A stretch of 64,000 nucleotides of DNA from Azolla caroliniana (taxonomy: Eukaryota > Plantae > Polypodiophyta), in assembly GCA_043228905.1 (NCBI GenBank), contig JBHGNT010000007.1, forward strand, positions 2,666,001 through 2,730,000, read 5' to 3'. The notes below the pieces were generated by a model. That model was not told the DNA's origin and did not search any database. It was given only the letters and a program-made list of their open reading frames with translations. How positions within the stretch are numbered: position 1 is the stretch's first letter; each line of letters opens with the position of its first letter. The position numbers and the translations under genes are program-made. Of this stretch, positions 13,666 through 24,638 are shown in pieces.

Positions 13666-14201
13666 TGTAACGACCGATCCAGCCTAGTTACTAGAGTTTG
13701 TGTTCCATAGGCTAGAAATGTAATTACAAAATATGTAAACTCGCCGGTAGGTAGAAAAGTAGGTGAGGAAATAGGTAGAACTAAAATAGTCGAGTTTTGA
13801 GCCCCTCACAATCAGCCGACGACTCGGCTCTGTGTAAAGAAGAAAACTATATAACCCGAGACCTGCATACCTCGGTAGAGAGAGATATACCTAGATTATT
13901 ATCAAGATTAGTATAGTAGCGCTTAGCTCTGCACAAGACTGTTTCCGACCGAGAGCCGTGTACTGTATTCATTGTGAGCTTTCTCATTTAATATAAATCT
14001 CGCTCTTACTGTTCCTTCATCTGTGTGTTCTCCCCATACTCGTAATCCTAGCTACTTCTACTTCTACCGGGTTGTAGCCAGTGTACGCTCCACGTTCCCC
14101 TAACGTCTTCAGCATGTAGAAGAAGCCTTCACGTAACACGAACCCTTGATACCGATAGCCTGTGGGCTCATCGAAGGTGTTTCCTCCAGAAACGGTTAAC
14201 A
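13666..14201 (+). mobile_element. Probable solo LTR nested in the gypsy 5' LTR
   Basis: TGTAAC...GTTAACA ends; TATA-like box near 13848; imperfect flanks GAGGTT/GAGTT. Confidence 0.55.
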
Positions 14202-15635
14202 GAGTTCATTTACTGAGCACACGGGCTCGCAGAATTGTATTTGATCTAGTTCTATCACTGAATTCCGGAAGACGGAAGATGAGCACACGGGCTCTCAGAC
14301 GCAAGTGGGTAAGAGTATAATAGAGGAGAGAAGGACGACACCTTTCCAGACACAAGGGGCAGAGAAGAGAGTCTATTGTTAACCCAAAATGAATAGACCA
14401 ATACAAAGATCAGCCACACACCAGATACACCAATGCCAGTAATCGATTAAATATAGAGAAAGAATACAAAGAGATGGCCTTGAGCCAAAAAACAAAGCTC
14501 CGAGCTCAACAAACACACTCTAGCAAGCCTCTAGTCGGGAGCACAAGGGCTACCTACGCGAGCAGAGGCCTCACACGACCTAACCAAATAAGCAGAACAG
14601 AAAACCTAGAGCACACGACTTCACAATTCGACAGCACACCTTCACCTTCAAAAATGATTGATCCCCCCAAAAAAACAATTTCCTCCCCTCCTTTTATAGC
14701 TCAAGGAGGGCCGATTACATTAGTAGTTATGATAGTTGTTTATGTCAGAGATTTCCCATGATTCCCTTAAATTCCTCCCATCATGTCCTATTATTCCCTC
14801 CCTCTTTTCGAGGGCCCATAAGTTCTAATAAAATATGTATCATGTTGTACTTATTAATACTTCAATAATTATAATTGTTTGTACATAAGACCTAGTATGT
14901 GCATGCTTGAAAAGCCTTGTTCCTACGCATCCGACGAGTTTTCTCCTTGTGGTCGGAATCCCCCACAACAACATAAAGTACAACAATCTATACCCGCTCA
15001 CAATGATTAGTCAAGAGGGATCACTAAACGTAGCCGAATTGCTGGCCTCTACGTTTTGGCATGTCTTATTAGGACACATGTCACAAGCCATACTTGAACG
15101 TCTATTGACAATCGGCTACATACCAAAGCTCAACCATGCTGAGACCGACTTCTGCGGGCATTGCCGACATGGGAAATAGACCCAATGTCCTGACTTAGTT
15201 CATTTACGAGACAGTATGACAACCCCTAGAGTTGATCCACACTGACATTTGCGGGCCGATGCCTAAAAGGTCTCTAGATGACACACAATACTTCATCACA
15301 TTCGTCGATGATTGTACTTGCAAGGTATGGGCTTATTCGATCAAGTCCAAGGACGATTGCTAGAAGTTTTCGCTCGATGGCTAACCAAAGTAAAAAACTG
15401 ATCCGGCCACAAAGTGAAGACGCTATGGTTGGACAAAGAAGGACAATGCACCTCTAGAGCCTTCACAAAGTACCTATCCGAAAAAGGGATCAAACATCAA
15501 CAGACCATTCCCTACACCCCAATGCAGAACGGTGTATCCGAACCAATGAACTAGACGATCCAAGAAAGAGTGATGGCAATGCTCCAACAATCAAGACTCA
15601 AGCTGAAATTCTGGGCCGAAGCATTGCAAACGGCA

Positions 15636-16200
15636 ACATACTTGAAAAATCTATCGTCGTGTAAAGCAAGCAAGCTTCAAGTGCCACAGGAACTATGGTC
15701 GAGCCAATAGTCCAACTACGACTGGCTTCACATATTTAGAGGCGAAGCTTGTGCTCAAATACCACAAGAGAACATAACAAAGCTAGCCCCCCACTTGAGA
15801 AAATGCATCTTTCTCAAATATGGGACAAATGGGAATTTCGGCTACAAGCTATGGGAACTAGAGAACTATAAATTGATTCGGAACAGCGACGTAGTCGTCA
15901 ACGAAGACTCAATAAGCACATACTTGATAAATCTATCGTCGTGTAAAGCAATCAAGCTTCAAGTGCCACAAGCACTATGGTCGGGCTAGTAGCCCAGTTA
16001 CGACCAACTTCCCATATTCGGGTGTGAAGCTTATGCTCAAATACCACAGGAGAAAAGAACGAAGCTAGACCCCCACTTGAGAAAATGCATCTTTCTCAGA
16101 TATGGGATGGATGGGAATTTCGGCTATAGGCTATGGTACCCAGAGAAGCAGAAATTGATTTGGAGTAGCAACGTAGTCTTCAACGAACACTCAATAAGCG
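15636..16200 (+). repeat. 282-bp tandem duplication within the copia integrase
   Basis: ACATACTTGA.AAATCTATCGTCG at 15636 and 15918. Confidence 0.85.
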
Positions 16201-16204
16201 CAAA

Positions 16205-18889
16205 ACACGTTTGCGTTCACAAGTGGGAGGATCGCGCACAAATGGAAGGATAAGGAATATTCCATCTGATTTTGGGGCTTTTTTGGCCATTTCACAAAAC
16301 ACCTTGATACCAGTATCACATGTTCTTCGAAAACTTGATGAAAAAGCTAAAATTTTCACCATTTGGTAAAATTGAAAAATGCCAAATATTGGCCAAATAC
16401 GAAAAGTAACATTGTGTATTTTTAAGGAGAAATTACAACTAGTAGTATTTTAGATCCTAACGAAATCATAAGCGAAAAATTTCAAAACAATCATTTTTTT
16501 ATTTCATTCGATAAAATGTTGTCTAAATTTGTTACATATCGTTGCAAGAAAAATACATTTAGGAGTTATTTCCATCACAATCATCATTCCTTTCATGAGA
16601 ATCACTACTATAGCTAATATAAATTGTGACTCTTCCTCCTCATTTTCAAATGTACAAATCAAATCATTGTCTTCACCAAATGGTATCTCCAAATTGTGTG
16701 CACTAAATCTTCTTCGCCTTCAATCTAAGATATCTTCAAGACTTGGTAATATCTCTTTTATTATGTCTATCGTTGTCATTCTTAAACATCCGACTTTTGT
16801 CAATGTAAAGTCATACACAATGATATCCACCTCACTAATGTCAATGATAGATGTATTACAAAAGTTTAATGCATCACCACGCCCAAAACTTTACCAATGC
16901 AAAATTGGTGCGCTAGGTCATGGCCATCTAAATGTGTAGTTATTAATATCCCCACCTTGAGTTCTTGCAAGTTTCCTTGTCACCTGAGTTATGCTCGTGT
17001 TGTCATCCTTAGTTCCACATAAATGTTTCTCTGTTGTAGATGAACCAAACTATGAAGATCAACATTAAGTACTTGAAGTGGTGATTAAGAACCGCGTGAA
17101 TATTTTATAGACCACGTAAATGGCATTTGCAAGGTTCAGCCACCATCAACACAATTATTAATGGTATTTTGTTAATTAATGAAGCACATGTTCACTATAA
17201 GGTGTCTTGTTGTGCAACATACTTCTTTGCAGTATCGATGTGCATCTTTTTCTCTTGTAAAAACAGAGATTTTAGTACAATTCGAGTTCATGTTTAAAAA
17301 CCTTCTATTATTTGAAAAAAAGAAGATTTCTAAACATGAACTTGATACATTGTATCGAGTTGATGTAAAACACAGAGTTTTCATCACAATTACATACAAT
17401 GTATCAAATTCATGTTCAAAGTTTTTTTCCTCGGATTTAAAAATAAAATAAATCAAGCTTGAGTTGATGAAAAAACCAGATTGTTCAGCACAATTCAATA
17501 CAATGTATCGAGTTCATGTTTAACATAATTTTTTTTATTTATTTTTCAAATGTTATTTATTTATTTCTTATTTCTTATTTGTTTTTGGGAAAAAAACTTT
17601 AAACATGAATTCGATACATTGTATCGACTTGTGATAAAAACATTGGTTTTTTCATCACTTCAAATTTTAAAAAAAGAAGCAAAGGGACCCAAAATAAATA
17701 GAAAAAAATCAATTTAGAAAAAAAATATAACCTCCCCCCAAAAAAACTTTAAACATGAACTCGATACATTGTATCAGTTCATGTCGAAAAGTCAAATTTT
17801 CAACACGAACTCCATACATTGTACAATGTATCGAGTTCGTGTTTAAAAACAGAGTTTTCACCACAAACAAAATAAAAAAAATTTATTTTAAACATGAAAT
17901 CGATACATTGTATTGAATTGTGGTGAAAAATCTAGTTTTTTCATCTACTCAAGCTCGATTTATTTTTTTATTTTTATTTTTTTAAATCTGGGAAAAAAAA
18001 CTTTGAGCATGAATTTGATACGTTGTATGTAATTGTGATGAAAACATTGTTTTTTACATCAACTCGATACAATGTATCAAGTTCATGTTTAGAAATCTTC
18101 TTTTTTTTCAAATAAAAGTGGTTTAGGGTTTACATGAACTCGAATCATACTAAAATCTTTGTTTTTACAAGAGTAAAAGATGCATATCGATATTGTAAAG
18201 AAGTATGTTGCACAACAAGATACCTTATGGTGAACATGTGTTTCTTTTATTAACAGAAAACCATTAATAATTGTGTTGATGGTAATTGAACCTTGCAAAT
18301 GCCATTTACTTCACAAATTTTGTAGGGGAGTTCTCAAAATGAAGAAGAGGGCACTATGGATACCTTGATAACTATGTGATATGTTCAAATTGATATATTG
18401 ATATTTACATCTAAGTTTGGTAGTTTATGAATATTGTATACATTTCTTGAGTTCTGAATTTATGGATGTTAATGAGCACGAAATTTATAGATGGTGGCAT
18501 TAAGGATTACAATGTTACCTCTTATACTTAAAACATTTTCAAGTCTAACAATAGATGTAACTTCCACTTCTGGAACCTACATCTCCTCAAGATGGTGAAA
18601 CCATTAATCTTAACTTGTGCCTTGAGTTAACCATTGTGATTTTCTTTAAGTTAACTACATTTCATATTTGCAAACCATCAACGTTTAAACATTTATTAAA
18701 AAACTATTCAATTTTAGAAATTATCATTTTGAAACTTGTTAAATCTCAAAAAATTAGCAAATTTTACATGTTATTTAAAACATGTGATATTGGTGTATCA
18801 AGTTTCGGAAAATTGCCTAAAATCGCAAGATTATAAAAGGAATCTATAAGTGGAATGTACGATCCTTCCACTTGTGAACGCGAACGTGT
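16205..18889. mobile_element. Non-autonomous TIR DNA transposon with a degenerate coding remnant (about 16500-16950, minus strand)
   Basis: TIR ACACGTTTGCGTTCACAAGTGGGAGGATCG / CGATCCTTCCACTTGTGAACGCGAACGTGT; subterminal inverted similarity extends about 150 bp; the host copia resumes on both sides. Confidence 0.8.
17116..18309. mobile_element. Foldback / long inverted-repeat element with arms of about 400 bp
   Basis: GTAAATGGCATTTGCAAGGTTC... is mirrored by ...GAACCTTGCAAATGCCATTTAC; internal repeated palindrome AACTCGATACATTGTATCGAGTT. Confidence 0.8.
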
Positions 18890-18912
18890 TACAATCCAAA
18901 CAAAACCCCAAA

Positions 18913-19696
18913 CATGGTTGTTTACGTACCCGTATTTAACGTTTAAATACGTATAGTACTTCATAATTTGTATAGTACGTACTATACCTCAATGTTGTTC
19001 AGTCAAATATCATGTACATTTGTCCAATATGGTATTTAACGTACATTTGAAAAAACAAGTATAATACGTATCTATAAAAAAATGTAAGTAAAACCCCAAC
19101 AAAAAGCAAAAGCAAAAAAAAATAGTGAAAAAGAAAGGAGAACAAAAGAAATGACGATGACAAAGAAGAAAAAAAAGAGAGAAAAGACGATAGAAACCTA
19201 TCTCGACTCTGAGTGTGATAATCACAGAAGATAGAAGATGAAGATGAAGATGAAGATGACAGAAACCTATAATGAGTGTGATAATCGTAGACAAATCCTC
19301 AATCTATGAGGGCATAATCGTAAATAATTACAATTTGAAGTAGAACATCATGATACACACTTACACTTATTTATAGAACAAGTTATTATAAGTATTTTAG
19401 GATGTGAAATGTTTAAATGTCATATATGCATTTTAGGATGTAGAACTATAATGTGCATCACAAAATTGTGTAAACATAGATGCTTTTTACAATATTACAA
19501 ATATTTTTTAGAAAGGTAAATAATTTTCAAATTCTAGAAGTATTTAACATACTATACGTAAAATACGTATTTTATATGTATTTAACATATTAAAAAACGT
19601 ATTTAACGTATTTTTAAATTGGGAGTTACTATACGTGTATTAATACGTTATATATGTATGGTATCCGTACCGTATCTAATGTACCTAACAACCTTG
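18913..19696. mobile_element. Non-autonomous hAT-type element
   Basis: 8-bp TSD ACCCCAAA (18905-18912, 19697-19704); TIR CATGGTTGTT / AACAACCTTG; subterminal TACGTA repeats. Confidence 0.85.
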
Positions 19697-21145
19697 ACCC
19701 CAAACCCACAAGAAAGTTAGTTTTGACTATTCTCTAACCAAGTTTGAGAACAAAATGCCAGAAGTCGAACCCGAACTGGCTAGTGAGTCTACCAGCTAGG
19801 CTGAACGAGCACTCATAGAGGAAACTCTTAGTAACGTGCCAACTGATCGAGCCTAACTAGTGGTAGCACATGCAGCCTATAAATCCCTCATGGGAACTAC
19901 CTGGTCGAAAACTCCTGAAGTAGAAGATGAACATCCTTCTACAAGATCTCCTCTAACAAATTGAATCAAGGGTTCAGAAAATGTTGAACGAATACCTTGA
20001 CCAAATACCTGGATCGGTTGAAGAAGTGAACCGACCCAATTGGCACCGAGGAGATCTAGACAAGTCTGAAAGCTGATCGAGTTTTATCAACCGGGCTTGG
20101 GCTATGTCAACTATACGGATGTAGGTGAGTCGTGTACTTATGACAAAGCTATAATTGTGTCAGATGTTGACACATGGCGTAAAGTTGTGATATCTTAAAT
20201 GGACTCGATAAAAGAGAACGACATATGGGAGCAAGCTCCTCTACTAGCCGATAGAAAGTTGTTGCTATGCAAATGGGTGTTCCAATACAAGTATGTATCC
20301 AGTTTGGATGAACCCAAATACAAGGCTCCGCTAGTCGCAAAGGGTTTTAAACAAGAACACAACATCGACTATGACGATTTTTTTTTCCAGTAGTCAAGAT
20401 GACCACACTTCACCCGCTATTAGGAATCGTCACGACTGAAAACCTTGACCTCAAGCAAATGGACGTTAAGACAGCTTTTTTGCACGGAGATCTGAATGAA
20501 GACATATACATGTCTCAACCGGTAGGCTTCACGGAGATGGGGGAAGAAGGTCACCTCGTTTGTCGATTGAAGAAGAGCCTTTACGATGTCACGTAGAATC
20601 GCGCATGCATGTGCTACTCGAGCGGAACCACGAGGGTCTTGAACTAGAGAGTAGACTAGGATCGAAGAGTAGAAGATCTTGACTTGTCCTCTGTGGCCTT
20701 GAATTTTCCAGGTTTTGGCCACGCCATCCTTCATTCCAACCCTAGCTCCTAGCTAGTCGTGCTTTAGAGCTTGTCGAATGTACGAATGTTCGACGAGTCT
20801 CTTGTTGAACATTCGTTGCTCGTTAAACACTCAAACTTGTACCGGTCTGGTCCCTTCAGTTCTTTGAAACCCTGCCCCTCTCGTTGATCTTCTTTGAAGG
20901 ACACCCCATGAGCCATAGCTTCTTGAAGCTGCTTGACCTCCTTCCGCATCAGTATAACCGCCACCTAGAAAACACTCTAGCCTCGTTGCCTCGTATTCTT
21001 CTCTCCGATAATAGGCTTTAAAATTTTTGGGACTTCGTCCCCATTGAAACATCCGACTCTTTCGGCCACACTCTTGACGGCTTCTTGAGCCACATCTCGT
21101 TCGACTCCCCTTTTCGCTACATTTGTCCTCATCCTCGACATCGCC

Positions 21146-21602
21146 TTCATGAATAACAATTGACAATGGTTCGGTTTAAGAGTGTCAAAACTGAATAGTT
21201 TAAAAATTTTGAAACTTGAGCCGAACCGAACTAAACCACGAAACGTTAAACCGAACCGTCTAAAAAAAATCAAACCATTAAAATTGCGGTTTCAATTTTC
21301 AAGTTAGTTCAAATTTAAAATTTAAAATATTTCATTATTTTAAATTTAAATTTGTCAAAAATTTAAAGATTTTCCTAAAATGTGAGAATAAGGCTTGAAA
21401 ATGAAAAGATTCTTTTAATAATAAATAAATAAATATTAACCGTTACAGTGTTTAAACCACGATTTCTAACTGTTGGAATCGAACCGAATCATTTAAAAAA
21501 ACCTGACCTTGAACTGAAACAGACCAAACCATTTAAACCATTAAGTTGTGATTTTGGTTCGGTTCGATTTAAACCAAACCGTTGCCAATTGTTATTTATG
21601 AA
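21146..21602. mobile_element. MITE with AACCG-rich subterminal repeats
   Basis: About 34-bp TIR TTCATGAATAACAATTGACAATGGTTCGGTTTAA / TTAAACCAAACCGTTGCCAATTGTTATTTATGAA; AT-rich core; TSD not resolved. Confidence 0.75.
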
Positions 21603-21839
21603 TTCTCCTTCACCTGTTTCCCATCCTCCATCGGGTTCACCAGAAGATGTCGTATAGAATTGTGCTTGCGTGTGCTACTTGAGCAGGACCACAAGTGTAT
21701 TGAACTGGGGAATAGACTAGGATCAGGGAGTAGAAGATCTTCACTTGTTCTCGGTGGCCTTCAAACTGCTAGGTTTCTGTCACGTTGGCCTTCGTTCCAG
21801 CCTTGGCTTCGGGCTTGCCGTGTTTTAGAGCTCGTCGAA

Positions 21840-22297
21840 CGTTCGAATGTTTGACGAGTCACTTGTCGAACATTGGTGAGTGTTTGACGACCGTCGATCT
21901 TTGAGCTTCCATGTTCCTGAACAATTAGGGTTTTGACCCCAAGACGATTAACTCTTGATTAGGGACTTCATCATGAGATCAAGACAAAATTAGAAGAAAA
22001 ATGTACAAGTTGATGTTACAAAAAATGTATTAGAGCTTAGCTACTAATGTAAGCATATGATAAGGATACGTTCGAATGTTGGACGAGTCGCTTGTTGAAC
22101 ATTGGTGAGTGTTTGACAACCGCCGATATTTGAGCTTCCATGTTCCTGAACAATTAGGGTTTTGACCCCGAGACGATTAACTCTTGATTAGGGACTTCAT
22201 CATGAGATCAAGACAAAATTAGAAGAAAAATGTACAAGTTGATGTTACAAAAAATGTATTAGAGCTTAGCTACTAATGTAAGCATATGATAAGGATA
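21840..22297 (+). repeat. 229-bp tandem duplication
   Basis: CGTTCGAATGTT...AGCATATGATAAGGATA at 21840 and 22069. Confidence 0.9.
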
Positions 22298-22430
22298 AAA
22301 GATAGATAAATAAGAAAGGATCCCTTTGCTCGGGGTGGTAAGGTGGATCGACACCCTTCTTTCACTCTCTCCTTTCTTATTTATCTATCTTTTGTCCTTA
22401 TCATATGCTTACATTAGTAGCTAAGCTCTA
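22259..22430. repeat. Near-perfect inverted repeat (about 62-bp stem, about 49-nt loop)
   Basis: TTAGAGCTTAGCTACTAATGTAAGCATATGATAAGG... with its reverse complement ending ...TAGTAGCTAAGCTCTAA. Confidence 0.9.
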
Positions 22431-24638
22431 ACAAAATGGGTTTTACAACGAATTGGCTAATTACCACAATTTCGGTGGTTTTTACAACATAATCACCTGA
22501 ATGGTCTAAACAACAAGAAAAGAGGGAATAAACCGGTGAAGGTCAGTCTAGTGGGCTCTGAGCCCGACTACCTCTGCTGGCGACATTGCCTCGAACCGGG
22601 GTAGCTCTCGCGCCACTATGACCTCCCTTCCATAATCGATTCATCGAGTTTGCCCGCCCTTCACCCAAAAATTATCATCACACTGAACACTCTCCATTGT
22701 GGAGAGGACAACCAAACTACCAAGAATAAGACTGCCGAAAAATCCACTGTACAAACCGTCCAACCAAAACCCTAACTATAACAAGGTGGGAGTAAACCAA
22801 AACCCATAAACATATAAACCCTAAACTCACACAAATGAAGAACCTCTTATGCTCTAACTGTCAAGAAGAAACCTTAAGACCACATGGGGAAACCCTAAAA
22901 CCTCCCCCACTAAGACAAACAAGAGGGGAGGGAAACCGAAAAACCGAAACCCTAAAAGTGAAAGTAGAAAGAAGAAGGAAAAGAAGAACCTCGAAATCCT
23001 AATGGTGCACCTCAACTACAAACCCTAAAAAAAGTGATTCTCGACATATCAATCTTTATAAATTTTAGAGACAAATATAGTAACATAATTGCATTTCTAA
23101 ATTTGTTAAGTTGTATTCAAATTTAACATTTTGTACAATGAAGCATATTACAATTATAAGTGGATGCATTCCCATCATCTTATCTAATAATTGGATAAAT
23201 TTGTATGAATTAAAAAAATGTCGGTTAAATTTTAATCTGCAAAATATTAACTACATTTTTTAGTGGTGTCTTTAAAAATCATGTACGCATGCATGATAGG
23301 TTCTTGAAAGTTCGTTCAAAAAAGGTAATTCTTGACATCTCACGTGATTATTAATAAGGGAATGCGACATATTACCTGTTTCAAATGTCCCAGTGTTAGA
23401 AGAAGAAGAAGATGAAGACGCCCCCAAACCCTAACCTAATGGTACATCCCCTAACCAAAATTTGGGCGACCCCGAAAAACGCCCTCGTTTCCCCCTTTTA
23501 TAGAGAAAGGGGCTAATTTCTGCATTAAATCCAAAAATTATTTCCTTGGCTCATTAAAAGGAAATAAAATGTCCCCCTTTTTCGCAATTTCAAAGAATCA
23601 AACTTTGCACCTCCCTATATAAACTTTGCCACAAACTCTTATTAGTCTTTGTTTGGTTTCATATTTATGACAACGGCTTGAAGCAAGCATCGCGAATGTG
23701 GTATGAGAAATTCAACTCCCACATCCGACAACTTGGATAAAACACAAACACAAACACAAACACAAACACAGATACTAGCACAAACACCCACACACACCCA
23801 CGCATCTATTAGATATAATGTTCTCGAAGGTGATGAACAAGGGTCTTATGCATTTGTGAGGAGATGAACATGGGAGGATGAGGACTCGAGAGTTGCCATG
23901 TATCAATAGGATTCTTCGTTGAGGAGGGCCACAGAGGTCAGTCATAGCCAGGTGCATACATATATATATATATGTATGTAACGAGAGGAGGCGATTTTCG
24001 CAGGGGTGGGTGGATCATGGTCATGGTAATGGCCGGCGCCTAACGCGGACAACAAATTATGTTAAAAAAACCTGCATTACAAAAGACTTGTACATTTATT
24101 GTGCCCCAACTCCTTCTCTTTGATCATTCCAAATTTCATATTTTCTGTTAACCCCTAATATCTATTAATCATAATTTGATCACTCCATATTTTCTTCTTC
24201 TTCTTCTTCTTCTTCTTCTCCTTCTCCTTCTCCTTCATCAAACCCTTGCTCTGAGATTGCATCTATTTTGGCTCTCAGCGTATGTTTCACTGCCCTCTTC
24301 GCCCTCTCCATAGCCATTTCTTCCTTCCTCAAATCTCTGTCAGGTGTAGCTTCATCGTCTCGCCATCGGTAAGTGAGGATTTCCTTTCGCTCTCTGCAGA
24401 GAATGCTCCCATATCTGGTAAGTAGAAACAGTGGTTTCCTTTCTAGAAATTTCTCTGTTTGATTGGGCCCTTCGGGGCGTATGAAACTCCCGGAAGGAAT
24501 CAGAAAGAATCCAGAAAAAATATGAAGTTATATCCATTGATGAATCCACACAGATTTCGCCTAAGCTAAGTTGGTATGCCGGAAAAAAAATTCTCTGCTT
24601 TTTCATCTTTTCTTTCCTAAGTAAAGAAGATAGAAAGA

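Larger units (their letters stand above)
5047..14970 (-). mobile_element. Degenerate Ty3/gypsy element (tRNA-Trp PBS): 5' LTR 13575-14970, gag about 12775-13450, RT/RNase H about 11590-12390 and 5214-5690, integrase zinc finger truncated at about 5047
   Basis: LPQGGMNS/VLDDIPIKG (RT), YLIGT*VIIET|DCLPIL...VMADMLSR (RNase H, rejoined across the insertion), FHESP*SGHWG (integrase); PBS complement CATGTCAGGTTCACCA at 13555-13570. Confidence 0.8.
20587..23672 (-). mobile_element. Internally deleted gypsy element (tRNA-Trp PBS): 5' LTR 21648-23672, gag fragment about 20835-21630, partial 3' LTR 20587-20830
   Basis: TGTC...GACA ends; flanks ACGA/ACGG; PBS complement CATCGGGTTCACCA at 21629-21642; gag VGCFNGDEV resembles VGIFEGMNL of the 45977 element; 20587-20810 repeats 21648-21872. 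Confidence 0.75.
14971..23738 (+). mobile_element. Fragmented Ty1/copia pol (integrase 14971-16204, linker/RT 19705-20586, RT tail 23677-23738) hosting several later insertions
   Basis: WHVLLGHMS, IHTDICGP, TPMQNG and DVKTAFLHGDL motifs; LKKSLY|GLKQASRMWY rejoined across the 20587-23672 insertion. Confidence 0.85.

Noticed and set aside
22740-23030. Interstitial telomeric repeat (AAACCCTAA)
   Set aside because: Only scattered single telo-box motifs, not a tandem array.
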